The translations under genes were made by a program, and so were the position numbers. The notes beneath the pieces were generated by a model. The model saw only the letters and a list, made by a program, of their open reading frames with translations, did not search any database and was not told the origin of the DNA. Positions 55,124 through 63,632 of a stretch of DNA of 64,000 nt are shown here, piece after piece. The number at the start of each line of letters is the position of its first letter. Within the stretch, counting starts at the first letter, position 1. Source of the stretch: a virus; IMG/VR virus record IMGVR_UViG_3300037042_004723, positions 1 to 64,000 of that record, one strand, 5' to 3'.

Positions 55124-55315
55124 TTAGCGGACCTGCTTCGCGAGTTGCTCAGTGCTCGCCAGGAAGATATCGCTACCGCCGCACTTGGGGCACCCGTCGC
55201 ACCCGTAGGTAGCCTTTTCGGCCTGCTTCAAGGTGAGTAGCTTGCCGCACTCCTGGCAAGCCCAGTCCTTGATCGTGCGAGTCTTAACCTTCGTCGTCGT
55301 GGTGTTGTTCAGCAT
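55124..55315 (-). CDS. Small Zn-ribbon protein (MLNNT...)
   Basis: CQECG...GCPKCGGSD; TTGACA-17-TACTGT-6-ATG. Confidence 0.75.
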   Translation of the reverse strand: MLNNTTTTKVKTRTIKDWACQECGKLLTLKQAEKATYGCDGCPKCGGSDIFLASTEQLAKQVR

Positions 55316-55490
55316 TGATAGACAGTACACCTATTGACGTGCATTGTCAAGGTATCTTTTGCCTATCAATGTCGAATGTCTCGCAATGGGCGATAGAAAA
55401 CTCTAATGGGCTTTAGGCTCCCAATGATTACAGAGTTTTCTATTGGACAGTTGGCGGGCTCGGTGTCCCGCTGTCCTTTAGAACTGTCCC

Positions 55491-55844
55491 TTAGGCGACG
55501 CCGAGGGCCTGCGCCACGTCAACAACCCAGTTGACCGGCTCGGGGTAGCGATGCACGCGGCCGTTATCGACCCGGCCCTGACGCATGGTGATGTTCGAGT
55601 AGCGCACCAGGGTGAAGCGCCACGTCTTCGTGGTCGGCTCCCAGCGGAAGCCACGCGCCTTGAGAGCGTTACGGGCCTGGTAGGCATTGCCGACCACGAT
55701 CTCCGTCTCGGTGTACTTGATCGAGATCTTCGCCTCCACGGCCTCCCACAGCGCGGCGCGCTTGAAGGTCTCGGCCATCATGGCGGCCATCTCGGCCATC
55801 TCGGGTTGCGTCTCGGCGGTGTCCGTCTCGGTGTGATTCAGCAT
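55491..55844 (-). CDS. Hypothetical protein (MLNHT...)
   Basis: LKARGFRWEPTTKTW motif. Confidence 0.75.
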   Translation of the reverse strand: MLNHTETDTAETQPEMAEMAAMMAETFKRAALWEAVEAKISIKYTETEIVVGNAYQARNALKARGFRWEPTTKTWRFTLVRYSNITMRQGRVDNGRVHRYPEPVNWVVDVAQALGVA

Positions 55845-55993
55845 TCCCCTTTATCGCACGGACCGAGGTGCATTGTCAAGCATGTAATGCCATGCAATGC
55901 AGATAGTTGTACGGAAAACTCTAAGCTCTGACAGTGGGGTGGAGTTTTCTGATGCGCTTGCGGCGCGCGGTCTGCGGCCTGCCCGGCGGGGCC

Positions 55994-56278
55994 TTACTCG
56001 CCCGGATCTCCGTAGGAGGATTCAATCTCGGCACCGCAGTGATCGCAGGGCATCGGCGGACCCTCCCAGTAAACATCAGCACCGATCAGCCGCCACTGCT
56101 TATCGGTGTCCGGGGCCTCGGACGCCTCGCTTCCGTTGTCGCCGTTGGCGCAGGCGGGGCACAGACACCCTCCGTCGGCCACGTAGTAGACCAGCGTGTA
56201 GCAGCCGATCGAGGTGAAGGAGTACAAACGACCATTGCCCATACGCGGGAGGGCGGCGGAAGCGGTGTTGTTCAGCAT
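55994..56278 (-). CDS. Cys-rich hypothetical protein (MLNNT...)
   Basis: DGGCLCPAC...CDHCG.EIESSYG; TTGACA-17-TAAGGT-6-ATG. Confidence 0.8.
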   Translation of the reverse strand: MLNNTASAALPRMGNGRLYSFTSIGCYTLVYYVADGGCLCPACANGDNGSEASEAPDTDKQWRLIGADVYWEGPPMPCDHCGAEIESSYGDPGE

Positions 56279-56419
56279 GTACAGACCTTAGCAGGTCTTG
56301 CGTGTATTGTCAATCGCATAATGCCATTCAATGCAGATAGTTAGGCGGAAAACTCTAACCTATAAGCTGTTAAAGGGAGTTTTCTTAGCGTGCGTCGGCC
56401 GGGCGAACCCGGCGGGCTG

Positions 56420-56641
56420 CTAAGCGCCGGTCGGGATGTACTTCGACCCCTTGATGAACGGGCCCCAGACGGTGAGACCACCCGAGGTGATCTCGATGGC
56501 TTCGTCCTCGCGGAGCGTGCGGTACATGTCGATCGCCAGGTTCCTGACGTCATCGAACGCGCGGCCCTGCTGCGCAGGGTGCGAGGAGATGGTCTCGAAG
56601 CGGGCGGCGGGCTTGGCAACTGCGATGTGGTAGTTCAGCAT
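56420..56641 (-). CDS. Hypothetical protein (MLNYH...)
   Basis: TTGACA-17-TAAGGT-6-ATG. Confidence 0.7.
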   Translation of the reverse strand: MLNYHIAVAKPAARFETISSHPAQQGRAFDDVRNLAIDMYRTLREDEAIEITSGGLTVWGPFIKGSKYIPTGA

Positions 56642-56843
56642 TTAATGACCTTAGCAGGTGATGGTTGCATTGTCAATGCATTGAATGCGTGACAATGATG
56701 AATTGCTTCGAGTGGCGGCGTATCCTGCCCCTACTACAATTGTGCTCGCCTGAATTTTCATCATATCAATGCAGGGGAAAACTCTAAGGTCTGACAGCAG
56801 GTAGAGTTTTCTTAACGCCTGACCGGGCGAACCCGGCGGGGCC

Positions 56844-57149
56844 CTAGAACATCCACTGAACCGGCGGGGCGTTCTCGCTCCACGCGGCGACCAGCATGTC
56901 TCGGTCGTCGTCGAACACAACAGGCTCGAACGACACCACGCACTCGCTCTCGGCCTGCGTCAGCTTGCGGTACTGACGGAGCGCGGCCTTACGCTCTTGC
57001 TTGGCCCAGTCCAGCCACCCGCAGTCGGCGCAGCAGGGGTCCCACACCTGGCACTGCCAGTCGATGAACGCTGCCAGGGCTTCCTCGATAGCCAGGTCGT
57101 TCTCGTGGTCTGCCAGCCCTTCGGCTAGCGCGGCTTGTCTGTTCAGCAT
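56844..57149 (-). CDS. Hypothetical protein (MLNRQ...)
   Basis: ORF track; CCADC. Confidence 0.7.
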   Translation of the reverse strand: MLNRQAALAEGLADHENDLAIEEALAAFIDWQCQVWDPCCADCGWLDWAKQERKAALRQYRKLTQAESECVVSFEPVVFDDDRDMLVAAWSENAPPVQWMF

Positions 57150-57199
57150 CTGTCCTCCTAGTGGTGATGACGTGGCGGGGCGCGCGAATCTGACGGGGG

Positions 57200-57337
57200 C
57201 TAGCCCATGACTCGCTGGAACGGGTCAGCGATGGCGATGGCTTGCGCCATGGTCATCTGCCCGATGGCTCGGCTACCATTGCGACCGAGGAGGGTCAGGG
57301 CGCGGCAGGAAACGACCTTCACGATGATTTGCTTCAC
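57200..57337 (-). CDS. Small hypothetical protein (45 aa)
   Basis: Class-1 promoter 6 nt before GTG. Confidence 0.55.
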   Translation of the reverse strand: MKQIIVKVVSCRALTLLGRNGSRAIGQMTMAQAIAIADPFQRVMG

Positions 57338-57465
57338 GCTATCACTACAACTGTGCTCGGTCGGATTTTCAGGTGATTTTATCGAAGACCAGGCCGGGCT
57401 AGACCAGGCCGGAAAACTCTTAGAGTTTTCTTGATGCAGCATCGGCGCGGTGCGCCGGGCCCCGC

Positions 57466-57852
57466 CTAGATGAGCGACAGGAGGGCCGCTCCGTCCGGCG
57501 TGGCCGGGGCCACGTTCCAGTGGGGGCCGAACGAGATCCCGACCACATCGGGCGTCTCATCCTGGCGCGCGTCGCCCATCACCGTGCCGATGATGTAGCT
57601 GCCATCGCGGGCCACCAGGGCCACGTTGCAGCCCAGGGAAGCGGCCACGGTGGCCTGCTTCGCGAAGATTAGCCGATCGGGGCCGATGAGGGCCTCGATC
57701 TCGGCCAGTCGCTCGGCGATGAACTCGGCCTCATCGTCGCCGCCACCGCAGCACCAGTCGCAACCCACCAGGGTGTCGCTCATGACCGCGCGACGCGCGC
57801 GGAGGGTGATGCGCTCGGAGAGGAGGAGGGCGACCGTGGAGTGGTTCAGCAT
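57466..57852 (-). CDS. Hypothetical protein (MLNHS...)
   Basis: GCDWCCGGGD; class-2 promoter. Confidence 0.75.
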   Translation of the reverse strand: MLNHSTVALLLSERITLRARRAVMSDTLVGCDWCCGGGDDEAEFIAERLAEIEALIGPDRLIFAKQATVAASLGCNVALVARDGSYIIGTVMGDARQDETPDVVGISFGPHWNVAPATPDGAALLSLI

Positions 57853-58030
57853 TCATCAGTTGTAGCATGGTTACCTTGACAATGCAACAACTATCTACTA
57901 ACAATCGACTGTCAAGATCTGCGGATCCTGTTAGGAAAACTCGGGTTGGCGCAACGCAGTGCGTGGCCATATGAGAGTTTTCCAAACCCACGGGCGAGAT
58001 CGGGCGGGGTGCCCGGTCGCCCCGGTCGGG

Positions 58031-58588
58031 CTACTCGTCGCCGTCCTCGTCGCCGTCCTCGCCGGACACAGCGGCCTTGAGCGCGGCGAGGAGCGCGGCC
58101 CGCTTGCGCGTGGCCTTGACGGCGTTCCAGCCGAACGCCTTGCCAGCGTCCCCGATGGACTCGCCCCGGATGAGGGCCCGGACGAAGGCCCGGTCGGTCT
58201 CGTCCTGGATCTCGGAGATCGCCAGGGCCAGATCTTGAGCCTCCATCGAACGGGCCACCTCGACCCGCCCATCGGCACCGGGCAGGGACTCGACGATCAT
58301 CTCGCCGCCATTCTCGCCCTCATCGTCGCTCGCCGTCACCACGTCATGCGAGCGGTAGCCCTCGGCCTTCATGTGGTTGCGGGCCGTGTTCCCGGCGATC
58401 TTGCAGCAGAAGTTGCTGAAGTTGCCACGGGCCGCGTCGAAGCTCTCGATCTGCTCCATGACGCGCACGCACGAATCGTTCAGGATGTCGTTCAGGTCGG
58501 CATTCTTGCCAACGGCGCGGACGATCGCGCCCGTCATGGATCCGATGGTGGTGGTGGTGATGATGGTCGGGACCGTGTGATTCAGCAT
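58031..58588 (-). CDS. ECF-like sigma-70 factor, paralog 4
   Basis: FDAARGNFSNF...ARNHMK; HTH IGDAGKAFGWNAVKATR. Confidence 0.8.
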   Translation of the reverse strand: MLNHTVPTIITTTTIGSMTGAIVRAVGKNADLNDILNDSCVRVMEQIESFDAARGNFSNFCCKIAGNTARNHMKAEGYRSHDVVTASDDEGENGGEMIVESLPGADGRVEVARSMEAQDLALAISEIQDETDRAFVRALIRGESIGDAGKAFGWNAVKATRKRAALLAALKAAVSGEDGDEDGDE

Positions 58589-58732
58589 TCATCAGTTGTA
58601 GCCTATCAAGAGCCGATAGTCAAGGTATCTTTTGCCATGCAATGCAGATAGTTTGCACTGTCCTTAACAATGCATTAACCTGACCGGAAAACTCTAAACC
58701 ACCATTGAGGGCACATGGCCTTTAGAGTTTTC
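58589..58732 (-). repeat. ~140-bp class-2 promoter cassette; near-identical copies before 53159, 59089, 59613, 60169 and 62532
   Basis: Shared gatagtcaaggtatcttttgccatgcaatgcagatag...caatgca...gaccggaaaactc. Confidence 0.85.
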
Positions 58733-58777
58733 TCCATGGCGGAAAAATCTGACGCGGTGCGCCAGCCCGCCGGGCTG

Positions 58778-59089
58778 CTACTCGGTGTAGCAGCCGGGGC
58801 AGGTGGTCACCCCGAGCGCGTCACAGTGGCCGCCCTCGTCGAGACGGTGGCCGACCGTGAGCCCGGCCCGGGTGGCGTCTTCGAGGGTAGCGCCCACGTT
58901 GACAGCGTTCGCGGCTTCGATCTCAGCGTCGCAGACGTCGCACGTCTCGACGGCGAACATTCTGATCATGCCAGGGTAAACGCTGGCAGTCGCATTCGAG
59001 AAACCCCAGTTCTTCGCCAGCGAACGGAGTGCCATAACGGCGAGGGGGAGGTGGCGGGTGGAACCAAAGAACTTCGTGTGATTCAGCAT
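58778..59089 (-). CDS. Cys-containing hypothetical protein (MLNHT...)
   Basis: TCDVC...HC...TCPGC. Confidence 0.7.
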   Translation of the reverse strand: MLNHTKFFGSTRHLPLAVMALRSLAKNWGFSNATASVYPGMIRMFAVETCDVCDAEIEAANAVNVGATLEDATRAGLTVGHRLDEGGHCDALGVTTCPGCYTE

Positions 59090-59268
59090 TCATCAGTTGT
59101 AGCCTATCAAGAGCCGATAGTCAATGTATCTTTTGCCTTGCTATGCAGATAGTTGGCACGATCCTTGACAATGCACTGGTCAGACCGGAAAACTCTGTTT
59201 AACCATTAAGGCACATGGCCTTTAGAGTTTTCTCCCAGCACTGGCGGCCCCGGCGGCGGGCCGGGGGG

Positions 59269-59613
59269 CTAGCGGTCCAGCGGGTGGCAGGTGTTGATCA
59301 CCTGTCCCATGTAGTCCATTGCGGCCAGGAAGTCCCCAGCGGGGCGGATCAGCAAGGCGCACAGGTCGCCCGGCAGCATGGCCAGGGCATCCGCGCAGAA
59401 GGCGTCCCACACGTGACCCGGCTGGAAGATGAACGGGGCCAGGTCCGCCAGGTCGATCATCCCGTCCTCCCACTGGTCACGGCGCTCGGCGTCCGTGGTG
59501 GCCAGGAGGGTGCCGAAGGACGGCAGGGCGGCCACGGTGGCCTGGTAGGCGACCCATGCCTCCATGGTGGCAACGGTGGCGGGGGAGGTGGCGGGAGCGG
59601 TGTTCTTGAGCAT
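59269..59613 (-). CDS. Hypothetical protein (MLKNT...)
   Basis: Class-2 promoter 6 nt before ATG. Confidence 0.7.
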   Translation of the reverse strand: MLKNTAPATSPATVATMEAWVAYQATVAALPSFGTLLATTDAERRDQWEDGMIDLADLAPFIFQPGHVWDAFCADALAMLPGDLCALLIRPAGDFLAAMDYMGQVINTCHPLDR

Positions 59614-59791
59614 CCATCAGTTGTAGCCTATCAAGAGCCGATAGTCAAGGTATCTTTTGCCATGCAATACAGATAGTTGGCACACATCTTGACAATGCAT
59701 TGGTCAGACCGGAAAACTCTATTTAGTCATTAAGCATTAGCTTAAGTGGAGTTTTCCTGTCTGGAGTCGGCGCGGTGCGCCGGCCCGGATC

Positions 59792-60169
59792 TCAGAGCGA
59801 AGCGCCGGCCAGATAGGCGGCGATCACGAGCCGATCTGCCTGAGCGCGGAGGATGGCATCGGCCTGATCGTCCTCCTGCGCGAGCTGGCGATACCAGTTC
59901 TCCTCGCGTCGCCAGCTCGCCAGCTCGGCGAAGTAATCGAAATAACGCTCCTCGTCGCTCGTCATGTGGTACTCGTCCCACATGTCAGCGTCCATGATTG
60001 CGCACTCGGCGCAATCACAGCCCCGGAGCGGACAGGCCGTCCAGAACGGGGCCACGTCCAGATCCAGGCCGTTGTCGGCCAGAGTCATCGCCTTGCGTCG
60101 GGCAAGGTTCGCGAGGTGGAGCTTGTGCCCCTGGTAGCGGTGCATCGTGTGGCCGGTGGTGTTCGACAT
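59792..60169 (-). CDS. Hypothetical protein (MSNTT...)
   Basis: CPLRGCDCAEC; class-2 cassette upstream. Confidence 0.65.
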   Translation of the reverse strand: MSNTTGHTMHRYQGHKLHLANLARRKAMTLADNGLDLDVAPFWTACPLRGCDCAECAIMDADMWDEYHMTSDEERYFDYFAELASWRREENWYRQLAQEDDQADAILRAQADRLVIAAYLAGASL

Positions 60170-60347
60170 CTGAGAACCATCATGGACTATCATCGCCCGA
60201 TTGTCAAGGTATCTTTTGCCATGCAATGCAGATAGTTTGCGCGTACCTGACAATGCATTTACTTTAACCGGAAAACTCCATTAATGGCCTGGTAATGGAG
60301 TTTTCTTGACAGGCCTAGTCGGCGCCGGAGGGCGCCCGGCCCTGAGG

Positions 60348-60923
60348 CTAGATCTTGTCGGCCAGAGCGGCCGTGATCGAGCGGTAGCGGCGCGTCGTGG
60401 TCGCGGGTGACCAGCCCAAGAGGGCGCCGGCCTCGCACTGGCCCATGCCCCCGGCCATCGCATCCAGGAACGTCTGCGAGTCAGCGTCAAGCGCGAGCAT
60501 GGCATCGGCCAGAGCCTTGCGCTCGAAGTAGCGCACCATGTCAGCGGCGCCATCCACGCCCACGAGCGTATCGACGAGCGCGACCTCGGAGTCATCGTCG
60601 CCGAGGTTCGTCTCGGAGTCGTGGTTACGGTTCGCGTGAGCCTTGCGCCAGTTGCGCGCAGCGTTCGCAGCGATGCGGCACGCCCACGAGACGATCGACC
60701 CCTTCGACCAGTCGAACGACTCGGCGTGCTCCATCATGCTCACGAGCGCATCCTGCACAACGTCAGACGTTGCGCTCGTCTCGCCGATGGTACGCTCGAC
60801 GGTGCGCGCCATGGTCTTGAACAGGTCGGGGTTGCCGATCTGGCTCATGACGTCCAAGCGAGTCTCGCTCGACGCGCCCGTGGAAGTGAAACCGTTGTGA
60901 CCGATGTTCGTGTGATTCACCAT
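60348..60923 (-). CDS. ECF-like sigma-70 factor, paralog 5
   Basis: DVVQDALV...FDWSKGSIVSWACRIAANAARNWRK; MGQCEAGALLGWSPATTTRR. Confidence 0.85.
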   Translation of the reverse strand: MVNHTNIGHNGFTSTGASSETRLDVMSQIGNPDLFKTMARTVERTIGETSATSDVVQDALVSMMEHAESFDWSKGSIVSWACRIAANAARNWRKAHANRNHDSETNLGDDDSEVALVDTLVGVDGAADMVRYFERKALADAMLALDADSQTFLDAMAGGMGQCEAGALLGWSPATTTRRYRSITAALADKI

Positions 60924-61169
60924 ACATAGCATGGCTATCTTTACAATGATACATCAATCGACTAACAAATCACTGTCAAGATCTGTGGATCCTGTTAGGA
61001 AAACTCTATGGTGCGAGGCCATATGGAGTTTTCCGCTTAAGCCAGTTGGCCCGGCGGGGCCGGTCGGGCTACTTCTTGAAGGTGGCCGTAGCCAGATCGA
61101 GCGTGATGCACTCGCCGGTCGCCGGATCTACGAAGTAGACCGGGGCCGTGGGGCGCTTGGCCCGCTTCA

Positions 61170-61481
61170 CTAGCGGCCCCTCCGGCCGCGCACGTAGTTG
61201 AGTTCCTCCATGGCGGCATCGGCTCCGACCCCGGCCGCGAACGCCGCGCCGAAAACCTCGGCATCCTCCTCGGCGTAGGACTCGGACGAGCGGACCGTGC
61301 GGCCCGTGGTCAGGCGACCCGAGCGGGCCAGGGGGCGGCCGTCCGGGGCCACCTCGGCGAGCTTGCGCAGGGTCTTGAGGGAGACGGCGTTACCCTCGGA
61401 GGGGGCGCACGTGGTGACCTTCCCGCCCTTCGCGAGGAAGGCGGCGAGGGCGGCGGCGGCGGACTCGGTCTTGTTCAGCAT
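61170..61481 (-). CDS. Hypothetical protein (MLNKT...)
   Basis: AFLAKGGKVTTC motif; class-2 promoter. Confidence 0.75.
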   Translation of the reverse strand: MLNKTESAAAALAAFLAKGGKVTTCAPSEGNAVSLKTLRKLAEVAPDGRPLARSGRLTTGRTVRSSESYAEEDAEVFGAAFAAGVGADAAMEELNYVRGRRGR

Positions 61482-61657
61482 TCACCATACATAGCATGGC
61501 TATCTTGACAATGCAACAACTATCTAACAACAATCGACTGTCAAGATCTGTGGATCCTGTTAGTGATAAGCGGAAAACTCGCTTTAGCTTTTAAGCGGGG
61601 CTTAGGCGGAGTTTTCCCGATGCCCCGGTGGCGGGATCCGCCCCCCGACCCGGTCGC

Positions 61658-61930
61658 CTACCGGAAGGCGGCGGGGTGCGGGTAGGTCTGGCGGAACCCG
61701 TACTCGACCTCCCGGAGGTCATCCTCGGCGACCTCGAAGGCCGCAAAGGCCGCGTCCATGGCATCGGACGCCTCACCCTCGCCGTCCGTCCCGTTCGCCT
61801 TGCGCATGGCCTTGCAGGCCGCTTCGAGCGCACGGGCCGCGCCGTCCCGCAGGTCCAGGAAGCGGGCAACCGTGGCCGGGTCGGCCACGAACATCTCAAC
61901 CGCGCGCTGGGCATTCCGTTTGTTCAGCAT
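61658..61930 (-). CDS. Hypothetical helical protein (MLNKR...)
   Basis: TTGACT-17-TAAGGT-5-ATG. Confidence 0.7.
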   Translation of the reverse strand: MLNKRNAQRAVEMFVADPATVARFLDLRDGAARALEAACKAMRKANGTDGEGEASDAMDAAFAAFEVAEDDLREVEYGFRQTYPHPAAFR

Positions 61931-62118
61931 GCCTAACCTTAACCCAGGACTTAAGCTAAGTCAATCACCGAATGCGACGCAATGACGATTTATTTAGGTG
62001 GCCTTTAACAAGAAAACTCCCGCGCAAGCGCTTGCGTTGGAGTTTTCCTGATGTGCTAGCGGCCCCGGCGGGGGCGGGGCGCTTTTCCGGGCTAGCGGCC
62101 CCGGCGGGGGCGAGGGAG

Positions 62119-62532
62119 CTAGCGATCCCAGCGACCGCCGATCCGGGGGCCGTCGTCGCCGGACTGCCACGGGAGCGCGCGGGGCGGGAGCGATGCCGCT
62201 CGGACCCGCTCGGCCTCAATCTCGCGCCACTGGCGCGCCTCGCGCGCTTCGTCCGTCTCGCCCGTGTCCCACCACTCCTTCTCCGGCGGGGCAGCCGCTA
62301 GGGCTGCTGCCTTAGCAGCTTCGCGCGCGTCCCGCTCGGCGGAGAGCCGCACGTCGATCGCGTCCCGCTCGGCGCGGATCGCGGCGAGCTTGCGCTCCTT
62401 GATCGTCATGGGAGGCGCCTCCACAGTGAAGCTCGCCGGAGCCTCCGGCTCCAACGCGAGCGGGGCCACGGGCCCCACGGGGGCCGGGGAGAGGGAAGCG
62501 AGCGCTGCAAAGGACTTGAAGGTCTTGCTCAT
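62119..62532 (-). CDS. Hypothetical Ala/Arg/Glu-rich protein ending GPRIGGRWDR
   Basis: TTGACA-17-TACATT-7-ATG. Confidence 0.7.
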   Translation of the reverse strand: MSKTFKSFAALASLSPAPVGPVAPLALEPEAPASFTVEAPPMTIKERKLAAIRAERDAIDVRLSAERDAREAAKAAALAAAPPEKEWWDTGETDEAREARQWREIEAERVRAASLPPRALPWQSGDDGPRIGGRWDR

Positions 62533-62728
62533 GTCAATGAATGTAGCCTATCAAGAGCCCATTGTCAAGGTATCCTTTGCCATGCAATGCAGATAGTTTG
62601 CGCGTACCTGACAATGCATTAACCTGACCGGAAAACTCTATTTAACCATTAAGCATTAGCTTAAAAGGAGTTTTCCTGTCTGGGGTCGGCGTGGCCGACT
62701 AGCGCTAGTCGGCCACGCTGCCGGGGCG

Positions 62729-63055
62729 CTACACCCGGTAGAAGCCCCGGCACCCAACCACGGCCCCACCCTCGTCGCGCACGAGCGCGCCGGGGGTCAG
62801 CAGGTCCGCAGTGGACCGGCCCGCCTCGCGCGCGGCGCTCGCCGCGAGCGCGCTCACGACGAGCCAAACCCCGCTCTGGGGCGCGGGGAGACCGACCGGC
62901 TCCCCGCGCGTGACGCGCGACGTCGGGACGCCACAGACGTCCTCCGTGGTCTCGGTTGTCTCGGTGGCACGGGCGACCCCCTCCGAGGGGAGGGTGCGGG
63001 TGGAGCCGTCCGCGAGGACGACCGCGACGATGTGCGGGGTGAGGTTCTTGAGCAT
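62729..63055 (-). CDS. Conserved viral hypothetical protein (NLTPH...VS...VRD..G...GC)
   Basis: Recalled motif pattern; TTGACA-17-TATGGT-6-ATG. Confidence 0.75.
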   Translation of the reverse strand: MLKNLTPHIVAVVLADGSTRTLPSEGVARATETTETTEDVCGVPTSRVTRGEPVGLPAPQSGVWLVVSALAASAAREAGRSTADLLTPGALVRDEGGAVVGCRGFYRV

Positions 63056-63090
63056 GATAAGACCATAGCAGTTCATCACTGCATTGTCAA
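63056..63090 (-). promoter_or_regulatory. Representative class-2 (sigma70-like) leaderless promoter (about 19 copies)
   Basis: TTGACA (63090-85) - 17 - TATGGT (63067-62) - 6 - ATG. Confidence 0.85.
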
Positions 63091-63221
63091 TGTATATTTT
63101 GCCATGCAATGGGGAATATTTAACCGACCTTGACAACTGCCTTAGTGCAACGAGAAAACTCCCTTTAACAGGCCATTAATAGAGTTTTCCGCTTGGCCGG
63201 TTAGCCCGGCGGGCCGGTCGG

Positions 63222-63632
63222 CTACTCGTAGCGGACGGTGAGGCTCGCCGCGTAGGGAGCGGGCGAGAATACGAGGGTGAGCGCGGTAACGTCGCACGTG
63301 GGGACGTCGCGGGGGATCTTGGCGAGCAGTAGCTCGGCAACGTGGCGTGCGAGTCTCTCGCACGAGAGCGCGGTGCCACGCTCGGCGATCCGGTCCATGT
63401 ACAGGCCCACCATGGCCTGGTCGAACAGGAAGCCCCGGTCGTCCAGGCGCGGCGCGCACGTCACGGTCAGGTCCCACCGGACCGGGATCGCCTTGCGGCC
63501 CCCGTCGACGTTCACAAGGGCCCCAGCGGGGCCACAGTGGTTCGGGCCCGAGACAACGAAATTCGAGATCCCCGCGCGCTGCAGCGTGAAGCTGGCGAGC
63601 TTGAGCGCGGGGCGGGCGGTGTGATTCAGCAT
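63222..63632 (-). CDS. Possible QueD/6-PTPS-like T-fold protein (MLNHT...)
   Basis: LTVTC..RLDDRGFLFDQ and SCERLARHV resemble QueD G..vDF and E.lA motifs; His triad not evident. Confidence 0.45.
   Translation of the reverse strand: MLNHTARPALKLASFTLQRAGISNFVVSGPNHCGPAGALVNVDGGRKAIPVRWDLTVTCAPRLDDRGFLFDQAMVGLYMDRIAERGTALSCERLARHVAELLLAKIPRDVPTCDVTALTLVFSPAPYAASLTVRYE

Larger units (their letters stand above)
6846..62037. promoter_or_regulatory. Dispersed palindrome (G/A)CGCAAGCGCTTGCG(C/T), 9 copies
   Basis: 6846, 13883, 16967, 20414, 25987, 30697, 36001, 48015, 62022. Confidence 0.75.

Noticed and set aside
20722-57430. GAAAACTC elements as simple intrinsic terminators
   Set aside because: AT-rich 8-bp stem with no following U-tract, loops up to 32 nt, and separate GC-rich hairpins lie nearby; not excluded but a poor fit
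23560-62000. Extended ORF-track starts (e.g. 23560, 24070, 25698, 38594-39292, 39952-40899, 45203-45778)
   Set aside because: They run through the promoter motif; the ATG 6 nt after TGTAGT is preferred
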